Shown here one piece after another: positions 10,409 through 18,925 of a stretch of DNA of 64,000 nt. The stretch's first letter is position 1, and each line of letters opens with the position of its first letter. This DNA is from Terriglobia bacterium. GTDB taxonomy: Bacteria; Acidobacteriota; Terriglobia; Acidiferrales; UBA7541. The notes under the pieces were generated by a model that saw only the letters and a program-made list of their open reading frames with translations, did not search any database and was not told where the DNA came from. The stretch is taken from assembly GCA_963695545.1 (NCBI GenBank), contig OY968796.1, forward strand, positions 1,312,001 through 1,376,000. Direction: 5' to 3'. The position numbers and the translations under genes are program-made.

Positions 10409-11599
10409 CTACTTCTCGCGTTCAGGAGCAAATGCCGGAAGAGCCGGAGTTGCGCTGATCAATGCCGCCGTATCCGGGCTGTATCGATAATCTTCTGGGG
10501 GATTGGAATTGACCCAGACCTGCAATTCACCAAGTTCGGTGTTGTCCAGAGCACGAACGTGGGCGTCGGCGGCGCCGTCGCAATGAACGGTCACACCCGC
10601 GGCGAATCCGATTCTTGAAGCGCTCTCTGCCGGGCTCAACCGGCATGCCGCTGGCTTCGTTCCCGGCCGCTCGATCAGCAACGTGCCGTCGTGTTCGACG
10701 GTTGTCCGGTAAACTTCTTGTCCCAGGTAATCCATCGCCGGAAACGGAGTCCCGTCCGGCACCGTCGTTTTGCCGATGTCTGGAAGGCCATCTACGGTAA
10801 CAACGGTGCCGCGCAGCAATCCGGCGCTTGTCAGATAGAGGTGAGGCGCTTGAGAGCCCGCAAAATGCGGCCAGCGAAGAATAATATGAATATGCGGGGG
10901 AGAATCCTCGTGCCCCAGGGGATAATTCGTATCAAACCCCATCAGGTGAATTGTTCCAAGTCCCTGGGAATAAACTTCCTGGTCGAGTCCCAGAAAACGG
11001 ATCGCTTCCCGCAGGCCGAACTCGAGATTCAGGGCCGCTTGGCGTTCCGTGCCAGGCCAAGGACCCTTCGCATACGGGCCGGCTCTGCGATCTTTATAGG
11101 CGTGCTCGATTCTCACCGTGAGGCCGGGCCATTCGAGCATCGTTTGGAGTTCGAGAGTCGATGATCGCTCGCGCGGATTGACCGGCAATTCAAAATCTAT
11201 GAAATTGCCGTGCTGCGAAAACGGAATTGAATCCTTTTCGACGATCACGGCGCGAACGGCAACGCCGCCGGGGTCCACTCGTATGCCCGAAATCGATTTT
11301 TCGGATGTGGGGACGCGTAGATAAAAGAACACCTCCCACGCGTTCTGACCCTCATAGAAAGGTCCGTGCAGCACACTGCATTGCGGACAATCCGCCGGCA
11401 CGTCAATCGTCGCGTGGGTTGCGGGCGCGCCGCGCTGGGACTTCATGAGCTTTATGCCGACGATGGTTGTATCGGGGTTCGCGTTCTGCGCGAAAAGCTC
11501 CTGAGAACAACACATCGAGCAAGTCGCAACGGACAGACAAACCCACAATCCGATGGAGATGACAAACCTTCGCTGATTTTCTTTCGGCATCAGACTCAT
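10409..11599 (-). CDS. Secreted hypothetical protein, first gene of the TonB-receptor operon
   Basis: 396-aa ORF with N-terminal signal; His cluster GFDTNYPLGHEDSPPHIHIIL; co-oriented with the receptor, downstream of a sigma70 promoter. Confidence 0.7.
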   Translation of the reverse strand: MSLMPKENQRRFVISIGLWVCLSVATCSMCCSQELFAQNANPDTTIVGIKLMKSQRGAPATHATIDVPADCPQCSVLHGPFYEGQNAWEVFFYLRVPTSEKSISGIRVDPGGVAVRAVIVEKDSIPFSQHGNFIDFELPVNPRERSSTLELQTMLEWPGLTVRIEHAYKDRRAGPYAKGPWPGTERQAALNLEFGLREAIRFLGLDQEVYSQGLGTIHLMGFDTNYPLGHEDSPPHIHIILRWPHFAGSQAPHLYLTSAGLLRGTVVTVDGLPDIGKTTVPDGTPFPAMDYLGQEVYRTTVEHDGTLLIERPGTKPAACRLSPAESASRIGFAAGVTVHCDGAADAHVRALDNTELGELQVWVNSNPPEDYRYSPDTAALISATPALPAFAPEREK

Positions 11600-11663
11600 A
11601 TGCGTGGATTCCTCGCGCCAGCGCGGAAGTCAATGTCGCAGTCATTTGGCAGCGTCGGCGGGC

Positions 11664-11718
11664 ACAATAGGACCGATCCTGGAGGTTGTCAAGACTTATT
11701 TAACGCCGTTATAGAAGT
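11664..11718 (-). promoter_or_regulatory. Sigma70 promoter (TTGACA-17-TATTGT) with adjacent 25-bp palindromic operator
   Basis: -35 at 11687-11692 and -10 at 11664-11669 on minus strand; ACTTATTTAACGCCGTTATAGAAGT at 11694-11718. Confidence 0.7.
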
Positions 11719-11944
11719 TTCACTGGAATGTAACATGTGGGCAATGTGCGGGTGGAACGATGAAGCGTGTGGCTCAATTATTAGTTTGCCGCGGGTCTGA
11801 GAGGGGCTCGCAGAAGGGCGAATCCGCTGCGTACGGATAACTCCGCTCGCGTCACGGCCAAACCGCGGCGGAAACGGAACTTCATCAATGGCGTGAGATT
11901 ATCGCCACAAAGCGATCCAATTTAGCGGACCACGGGTCGCGGCT

Positions 11945-13141
11945 CTAAGTGTGTCTTGTACCGCGCAGAACGTTCAGCAAGGCCAGCGGGATGGCGCCGA
12001 AAAGCGTAGGTCGTTCCACGCTCGCGGGACGCATGACGGGAATCGATACGCCGGGAATAAAATAGCGGCTGTGCATAGCCGCCTTCAGGAGCGGCTCGAT
12101 GAGCGGCCACGCCGCGGTGATTTCTCCCCCGATGACGATAGCTTCCGGCGCAAGCCCCTGCGCGAGTCCTCGGATGCCTTTGCCGAGCATCTCGGCCGTG
12201 TAGAGCAGTTCGCGTCGGGCGTCCGGATCACCAACCTGCGCGAGCCCCACCAGGTCTTGCATGGATCGGACTTCATGGCTGCGCGCGGGCTTGGCTTTTC
12301 GGAATCGGGCGAGCGTGGCTTCGTCGGAAGCAATGGCCTCCCAACAGCCCACATTGCCACAGGAGCAGCGCGGTCCACGGGGGTCCATGTGCATGTGACC
12401 GAATCCACCGATCCCGAAGCGCGTGCCGAGATACAACTCGTCGCCAAGCACCAGGCCAGTACCGATGCCCTCGACGACCAGCACGAACAAAATGCTTTGG
12501 TTCCCCGAAGCTGGAAGCGGGCCGTACCAGAGCTCCGCAAGCGCCGCCGCATTCGCGTCGTTTTCGACGTAGACCGGCAAATGTAGCTTCTTTTCTAGGA
12601 TTTGCCGGATAGGTACGTCTTCCCAACCCAGTTTCGGAGACAGTATTAGGCGCCCCTCCGGATGGTTTATCAATCCGGGGATCGCGACTCCAATGGCGGC
12701 GAACCTTGCATGTGGATATACCGTCTCGAGATGAGCGTGAATTTCTTTTGCGAGATCCTGGAGAAATGTTGTCGCGTTCTTTTCCGTAGGTTTCACGCGC
12801 TGACTGAGCACTCGACCGTTAAAGTCACTGATTGCGTAGGCCGTCTGCCGGACGCCGATGCTTAACGCGACGGCGTAAGCTTTCTCCGCATTCATCTGAA
12901 TGTATTTTGCGCGCCGGCCGCCGCTGGATGGCGCCGCTTCGCCTTCGGAAAGAAAGCCGGCGGCGAGAAGGCGATTGACGACGATCGAGACGGTGCCCGG
13001 CCCCAATCCTGTCGCGCGAGCCAGTTCGATTCGGGAAATGGGCTGGCGATTGCGAATCAAATGCAACATGCGGCCTTCGTTCGTATTGCGAAGGTCTTCG
13101 ACGCCCAGCATTTTTAGTTTGTTGGAAAAGGCGGCTCTCAT
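11945..13141 (-). CDS. ROK-family transcriptional repressor (XylR/NagC-like)
   Basis: N-terminal HTH (PISRIELARATGLGPGTVSIVVNRL, SSGGRR) plus ROK domain (VENDANAAALAE, GHM...CSCGNVGCWE); start at 13141 chosen, 13186 possible. Confidence 0.9.
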   Translation of the reverse strand: MRAAFSNKLKMLGVEDLRNTNEGRMLHLIRNRQPISRIELARATGLGPGTVSIVVNRLLAAGFLSEGEAAPSSGGRRAKYIQMNAEKAYAVALSIGVRQTAYAISDFNGRVLSQRVKPTEKNATTFLQDLAKEIHAHLETVYPHARFAAIGVAIPGLINHPEGRLILSPKLGWEDVPIRQILEKKLHLPVYVENDANAAALAELWYGPLPASGNQSILFVLVVEGIGTGLVLGDELYLGTRFGIGGFGHMHMDPRGPRCSCGNVGCWEAIASDEATLARFRKAKPARSHEVRSMQDLVGLAQVGDPDARRELLYTAEMLGKGIRGLAQGLAPEAIVIGGEITAAWPLIEPLLKAAMHSRYFIPGVSIPVMRPASVERPTLFGAIPLALLNVLRGTRHT

Positions 13142-13233
13142 CAGAATGGCACACAGTATAGCTCCGAAGAAGCGTCGGGTTCGCATAATTCCAAATCTTG
13201 CCACGGAGTGTTCGGCAAAACGACGGCGACGGT

Positions 13234-13297
13234 ACTTCTGCAACGCCTCGAAGTAAGTTAATAAAACATTGACACGGATCGAAGAGGTTCCTATGAT
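13234..13297 (+). promoter_or_regulatory. 25-bp operator plus sigma70 promoter (TTGACA-17-TATGAT) for the GH38-like gene
   Basis: ACTTCTGCAACGCCTCGAAGTAAGT at 13234-13258; TTGACA 13269-13274; TATGAT 13292-13297. Confidence 0.7.
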
Positions 13298-13364
13298 CCG
13301 CTCGATTAGCGATCTCTTGACCCTTCCATGCCGATCGCCGCATTGACGGTGCAAGGACGACTGC

Positions 13365-15932
13365 ATGCCTTCTGACAAACACGCGTGTCTGCGTCGCGCC
13401 TCCAGCAGATGTCATTCCCGATGGCTCACCAAGCTCGCCGTTCTGGCGGGATTTGCGGCGATGACCTCTCCGATGGGATTCGCGCAAGATCCATCGCCGA
13501 TCAAGGAAATCTTGCTCGTACACTTCGCTCACACGGATTTTGGATACACCGATCAGCCCGAAGTCGTGCGCGAATTGCATCGCCACTACGTCGACATCGC
13601 CTTAGATGCGGCGTGGGCGACACGGCAAAGACCCGAGGGGGAGCGCTTCTGCTGGACAATTGAATCCCAATACACCTTTGCAGATTGGTGGAAAACGGCC
13701 ACGCCCAGCCGTCGCGCCGAATTCGTCGCAATGTTTCGCGCCGGACAACTCGACGTTTCAGCGCTGGCCGTTGACGCCACGCCGTATATGGATAGCCAGG
13801 AATGGCGGTTAATGACTCACTGGGTTCCGGACGATATCTGGAATCGGCTGGGCATCGAATCCGGCATGCAGGACGACGTAAACGGCCTGCCTCGCGCTGG
13901 CGCGATTTCGCTGCTCAACCACGGTATCGTGCGCTTATGGACCGGCATAAACGTTGATCTCGGTGGCGCCCCTCAAAAAACTCCATCCGCTTTCTGGTGG
14001 AAAATGCCGGATCAGCGGCGCCTATTCGTTTGGCTGGGTGTCCCGTACTCCGAGGGCTATCACTTCTTCGCGCCTCACAATTGGCGGCACGGCCCGCTAC
14101 CCGCAGCTGCCGATCCGCTTTACCGGCCGCCCGCGCCGGAAGAAATCTTCAAGACCGATGCGCCTTCTCTGCAAGCCGAACATGAGCGCTTGATGCAGCA
14201 GCTTCAGCCGTACGTGGCGGGCGGCTACCGCTATCCGGTTTTCGTGCTGCCGTTCACGAATCAATGGCGTATCGACAACGATCCGCCGTATCCCTCGATT
14301 GTCGATTTCGTCGCGGCGTGGAATCGTGCTGGGCTGAGTCCGCGGATTCGTCTTGTCACGGTTACGACAGCGTTGCAGCAAATGGAAAAGATCGCGGGGT
14401 CGGATAGTCCGGAATTCACGGGCGAGTTTCCAGATTGGTGGGCCAACGGCACGATGTCGGCGCCGCAAGCTGTTTCCGCCTCGCGATTGGCCAAGAACTA
14501 CCTTGCTGAAGCCGCCTCCCCGGTGTTCGGTCCTTCGAGCGCTTCGTTTCTCGGCGAAGTGGACGGCGTGAATCGAGACCTGGTGCTTTTCGACGAGCAC
14601 ACATTCGGTTCGGGATCAAGCGTGGCTTTTCCTTATGCCCTGGCGACGCTGGGACAATTCGCGGAAAAAAGCCTGCTTGCTTATGCGCCGATGGCTCAAG
14701 CGCAGTGGCTGCTGGGGAAACGAGCGCGCACTGCATTTGACGAAAAAGGCGAGGGATTCTTCGAGATCAACGCGACTCCGGCGCCGTGGTCGGGTTGGGC
14801 GAAATTCAACGTGTCCGCTTTGCGGGAAAATGATCTCGCGGCGGTGGACCCGGAGACCGGTTCCTGTTCTCCCCTCGAATTCACAAACGGCCTCAAGAGT
14901 TTCACGGCGCCTCTCAATGCCAGCGAGATTACACCCCAGAATTCCTCGATGGTGTTCGCCGACAATCTGCCTGGGCAAGCAGTCGCGGTTTGGGTGGATT
15001 CGCTTCCCGCGAATTCAACTAGACATCTTCTGCTCTCACCGAAGCCGTGTACTGCCACAACTGCCGCAGCCAGCGAAAATCCCAAAATTGAAGTGAATGA
15101 TCAAGGCTGGCCGGTTGCAATAACTTGGCCTGGGATGCCGGCCTCTCTGATCGCTTCCGGATTCGGCGATCTCGTTGCCGTCACGGTCGCGGGCTTCGCG
15201 CCCCGGGCGAAAATTCATGAAATCTCCGATATGACGGATCCCGCAGAGCGACAGACTGCTCGCGCGAAATTCCTGACCGAAACCGCAGCGTCGGAATCCG
15301 GCGCGGCGGTTCGCACTGAAAATCCCCACACGGTGGTGTACACGCAGTCGCTTTCCGAGCCGTCGCTGGGCTGGGTCACGCGTCGTCTGGAGATCTGGCG
15401 CGATGAACCCCGCGTGCGGGTTGAGCTTAAGCTCTTCCGCCTGTCTTCGGATCTTCCGGAGGCGATCTTCGCGTCGTTTCCGCTTCCGGTCGCAGACGCT
15501 GCTCCGAAGACGAGCAACGCCGGAATGCCCTTTTTCCCCTACACCGATCAGATTCCGGGCAGTTGTCGCGACTACTTCGCGATCGACGGCTGGGTACACT
15601 ACGCCAGCCCCGAAGGACATTGGGTGTGGGTAAGCCGCGACGCGCCTTTGATCACATTTGGCGAGACGAACGTACTGGCAAGACGAACTGACGCGCCCAG
15701 CCACACGAATCGAATTCTCGCGATGTTGTTCAATAATTTTTGGTACACGAACTTTGTGGCGGACAGCATGGGGGAAATGGACTATCAGTTCGACCTCGTT
15801 TGGAGAAAGGATTTTCCCTCGACGTTCACCGAAGGAAATCTTGCGGCCACCTTGTCGAGCGATCCGGTTCTACTCATCAATCCCAAAGGGCGGACGGACA
15901 AACTTTACCTTAAGTGGCTTTTTCAGCCTTGA
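13365..15932 (+). CDS. Secreted glycoside hydrolase with GH38-like N-terminal domain (alpha-mannosidase-like)
   Basis: HFAHTDFGYTD, WTIES, QDDVNG, FWWKMPD, DNDPP, GEFPDWWANG, FDEHTFG, C-terminal NNFWYTNF motifs; signal peptide. Confidence 0.75.
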   Translation: MPSDKHACLRRASSRCHSRWLTKLAVLAGFAAMTSPMGFAQDPSPIKEILLVHFAHTDFGYTDQPEVVRELHRHYVDIALDAAWATRQRPEGERFCWTIESQYTFADWWKTATPSRRAEFVAMFRAGQLDVSALAVDATPYMDSQEWRLMTHWVPDDIWNRLGIESGMQDDVNGLPRAGAISLLNHGIVRLWTGINVDLGGAPQKTPSAFWWKMPDQRRLFVWLGVPYSEGYHFFAPHNWRHGPLPAAADPLYRPPAPEEIFKTDAPSLQAEHERLMQQLQPYVAGGYRYPVFVLPFTNQWRIDNDPPYPSIVDFVAAWNRAGLSPRIRLVTVTTALQQMEKIAGSDSPEFTGEFPDWWANGTMSAPQAVSASRLAKNYLAEAASPVFGPSSASFLGEVDGVNRDLVLFDEHTFGSGSSVAFPYALATLGQFAEKSLLAYAPMAQAQWLLGKRARTAFDEKGEGFFEINATPAPWSGWAKFNVSALRENDLAAVDPETGSCSPLEFTNGLKSFTAPLNASEITPQNSSMVFADNLPGQAVAVWVDSLPANSTRHLLLSPKPCTATTAAASENPKIEVNDQGWPVAITWPGMPASLIASGFGDLVAVTVAGFAPRAKIHEISDMTDPAERQTARAKFLTETAASESGAAVRTENPHTVVYTQSLSEPSLGWVTRRLEIWRDEPRVRVELKLFRLSSDLPEAIFASFPLPVADAAPKTSNAGMPFFPYTDQIPGSCRDYFAIDGWVHYASPEGHWVWVSRDAPLITFGETNVLARRTDAPSHTNRILAMLFNNFWYTNFVADSMGEMDYQFDLVWRKDFPSTFTEGNLAATLSSDPVLLINPKGRTDKLYLKWLFQP

Positions 15933-16009
15933 GCACTCGCAGGTCATGGATTTAAAAGTGTGCGCGTCGCCGAATCCTCAATTTCAGAGCTTCTAATGGA
16001 CATACTTCG

Positions 16010-17353
16010 GTGGTGCTGAACCGGTACGTTCTCAGGAGCACGCTCGTCGGAGCGCTCGGCGGCCTGCTTTTCGGTTTCGACACCGCGGTGATTTCCGGGA
16101 CGACCTCTGCGCTTGCTCACGCGTATCACCTCACACCCGCGCAATTGGGATTTACCGTTTCCATCGCTCTTTGGGGGACCGTGATTGGCTCGATTGGCGC
16201 TGGCTCGTTCGGGCAACGACACGGCTCGCGCGAAATGCTTCGATGGATGGCCATCTTTTATCTCGTTTCGTCTTTGGGGTGCGCGTTTGCGTGGAGTTGG
16301 CATGCGTTTCTAGCTGCGCGATTTCTCGGCGGCCTGGGCATTGGCGGCTCCTCGGTCTTGGGCCCCGTGTATATCGCGGAGCTCGCGCCCGCACACTTGC
16401 GCGGACGGCTCGTCGGCACCTTTCAGATCAACATCGTGGTTGGAATACTGCTGGCCTATTTTTCCAACTACTTGATCAGTCTCGCGCATCTCGGGAGTGT
16501 CGAGTGGCGATGGCAATTGGGCGTGGCGGCATTACCTTCCCTGCTGTTTTTTCTTCTATTGTTCAGCATCCCGCGTAGCTCGCGATGGCTCGCTACCCAG
16601 GGCCGCGTGGCGGAAGCGCTCGCCGTGCTTGAACTCATGGGCTCGCCCGACGCTGGCGAGGAGCTGGCACAAATTCGCGAATCGATCGAGATGGAACGCG
16701 CGAGCCGAAGCGAGCCTCTTTTCCGCCGTGTTGCCGGAAGATTGAAGTACGGCACGCCGATCTTCCTGGCCATCGCCATCGGCGTCCTCAATCAATTGAG
16801 CGGGATCAACGCGATCCTGTATTACCTGAACGACATTTTTGCGGCCGCCGGTTTCAGCCGCGTCTCCAGCAGCTTGCAGGCGGTGGCCGTGGGCGCGATG
16901 AATTTATTCGCCACGCTTTTTGCCATGACACTGATTGATCGCGTCGGCCGCAAGCGCCTTCTGCTCGTCGGGTCAGTCGGCACGGCCGCATGCCTCGGCG
17001 GGGTCTCGGCTGTATTCTTCACGCACCGCCACGCGCAATTCTTGGTGTGGCTGCTGGTGACTTACATCGCTTTTTTCGCCGTATCGCAAGGCGCCGTGAT
17101 CTGGGTTTACATCAGCGAGATTTTCCCGACACGCGTGCGCGGAAAAGGGCAAAGCCTTGGCTGCAGCACGCTTTGGGTAATGAATGCGCTTCTTGCGCTG
17201 GGATTCCCCGTTGTTGCCCAGCGCTCCGGCGCATACCCATTTGTGTTTTTTGCCGCGATGATGGTGGTGCAATTCTTCGTGGTGCTGTTCTTGTTCCCCG
17301 AGACCAAGCAAGCTTCGCTCGAACAGTTGCAGGAGCGCATGGGGATTGCGTGA
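16010..17353 (+). CDS. Sugar porter family MFS transporter
   Basis: ALGGLLFGFDTAVISG, YIAELAPAHLRG, QLSGINAILYY, IDRVGRK, SEIFP, PETK motifs; 12-TM pattern. Confidence 0.95.
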   Translation: MVLNRYVLRSTLVGALGGLLFGFDTAVISGTTSALAHAYHLTPAQLGFTVSIALWGTVIGSIGAGSFGQRHGSREMLRWMAIFYLVSSLGCAFAWSWHAFLAARFLGGLGIGGSSVLGPVYIAELAPAHLRGRLVGTFQINIVVGILLAYFSNYLISLAHLGSVEWRWQLGVAALPSLLFFLLLFSIPRSSRWLATQGRVAEALAVLELMGSPDAGEELAQIRESIEMERASRSEPLFRRVAGRLKYGTPIFLAIAIGVLNQLSGINAILYYLNDIFAAAGFSRVSSSLQAVAVGAMNLFATLFAMTLIDRVGRKRLLLVGSVGTAACLGGVSAVFFTHRHAQFLVWLLVTYIAFFAVSQGAVIWVYISEIFPTRVRGKGQSLGCSTLWVMNALLALGFPVVAQRSGAYPFVFFAAMMVVQFFVVLFLFPETKQASLEQLQERMGIA

Positions 17354-17362
17354 AAACGTGAC

Positions 17363-18925
17363 CTACTGATTGGCGGGAGCCGCCGGGGTGGCGGCAGGCG
17401 CGGCAGCCTGCGAGGCAGAGCGTCCGGCGCGCACATCTTGTTCAGTCGGCAATTGCGAGGCGTCCCATCCGCCGCCGAGCGCTTCGATCAGCTGAACGCT
17501 GTCGGTCATTTGCTCCATGCGAAGATCGAGCGCCGTGCGTTCGTTACCGAGCAGCGTGGTCTGCGCGGTGATTACGTTGAGATAGGGATCGACGCCGACT
17601 TTGTAGCGGTCCGTCGCCAGCGCCAGATTCGCGCGCGCTGAATCGACCGCGGCGTCTTCCTTCTGCAATTCGCCGACGAGAATGCGCAGCGCGGCGAGAT
17701 TGTCTTCGACCTGCACGAAACCCGAGAGCACCGTCTGCCGATAGACCGCGATCGTCTGGTCGTAGGAAGCCTGCGCCTGTTGCAGGGCTCCTCTTCGGGC
17801 CCCGGCGTCGAACAGAGTTTCGGCGAGCCCGGGACCGATCGACCAGAAGCGGCTGGGCCATGTGAACCAAGTCGCGGCAGACACGCTTTCAAATCCGCCG
17901 GCCGCGCTGAGCGTCACCGTTGGGTAATACGCGGCCTTGGCCACGCCGATTTCGGCGTTGGCTTGGGCCATGCTGCGCTCGGCCGCGGCGACGTCCGGAC
18001 GGCGCTCGAGAAGTTCCGACGGCATTGCGGCGGGAATTGCCGGCGGACTTGCCTCAAGCACTTGCGCCGGCAATGAAAATTCGGCGGGCGGCTTGCCCAC
18101 CAGCAGCGCGATGGCGTGTTCGTACTGAGCGCGCAGAATACCGATGTCCGCGGCTTGCGCTTGCACGGTCTCCAGTTGCGTTTCGGCTTGCTTCACGTCC
18201 TCGTTCGAGCTGAGGCCGGCGTCGAAACGTTCCTTCTCAATGTCGTACGAATCCTGGTAGGCCTTCACGGTATCGTTAAGAAGCGCCTGCTGCGCGTCTT
18301 GCGTGCGGATCGAGAAGTAATCCACGGCGACTTCCGCTTGCGCCGTCAGGCGGACACTTTCCAGGTCAGCAGCGGAGGCTTGAAAGGCAAACACGCTGGC
18401 CTTCACGCCGTTCCGGATGCGCCCCCATAGATCCAAAGTCCACGAGGCATCGAACGGCAACTCATATTCGGCGAATGTACCGCTCTCGAAAAGATTGCTG
18501 GAGCTGCTGGTTCCCCCGCTACCGGAACTGCTTGGCGCGCCAACCACGAAGGGTTGGTGCGTGTAGGTGATCGAAGGTTGCGTGGCCGCGCTCGGAAATA
18601 ATTGCGCTCGCGCCTGCTTCACCAGGGCGCGCGCGGAAAGAAAATTCGCGGCGGCCGCGGCGATGTTCTGGTTCGAGACGTTCACCTGCTCCTCGAGCGC
18701 GTTCAATTGCGGATCGCCGAAAGTTTCCCACCATTTGCCGCGCGCCGCCGCGTCCTGCGGCTGCGCAACTTTCCAGTCTCCCGCTTCCTTGTAAGCCGGC
18801 GGAGTTTCGACCGGCGCTTTCTGATATTTCGGGCCGACGTTGCAGCCGCTCAGGCAGACAAACGCGCAAGCGATGGAAATAGCGCGCGCGGATGATCGCC
18901 GAGTTGAATTCATGGCCCTAATCAT
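17363..18925 (-). CDS. RND efflux outer-membrane lipoprotein (NodT/OprM family)
   Basis: Lipobox LSGC, WWETFGDPQL, LDLWG, PSELLERRPDVAAAER, ALGGGW; start 18925 or 18913. Confidence 0.92.
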   Translation of the reverse strand: MIRAMNSTRRSSARAISIACAFVCLSGCNVGPKYQKAPVETPPAYKEAGDWKVAQPQDAAARGKWWETFGDPQLNALEEQVNVSNQNIAAAAANFLSARALVKQARAQLFPSAATQPSITYTHQPFVVGAPSSSGSGGTSSSSNLFESGTFAEYELPFDASWTLDLWGRIRNGVKASVFAFQASAADLESVRLTAQAEVAVDYFSIRTQDAQQALLNDTVKAYQDSYDIEKERFDAGLSSNEDVKQAETQLETVQAQAADIGILRAQYEHAIALLVGKPPAEFSLPAQVLEASPPAIPAAMPSELLERRPDVAAAERSMAQANAEIGVAKAAYYPTVTLSAAGGFESVSAATWFTWPSRFWSIGPGLAETLFDAGARRGALQQAQASYDQTIAVYRQTVLSGFVQVEDNLAALRILVGELQKEDAAVDSARANLALATDRYKVGVDPYLNVITAQTTLLGNERTALDLRMEQMTDSVQLIEALGGGWDASQLPTEQDVRAGRSASQAAAPAATPAAPANQ

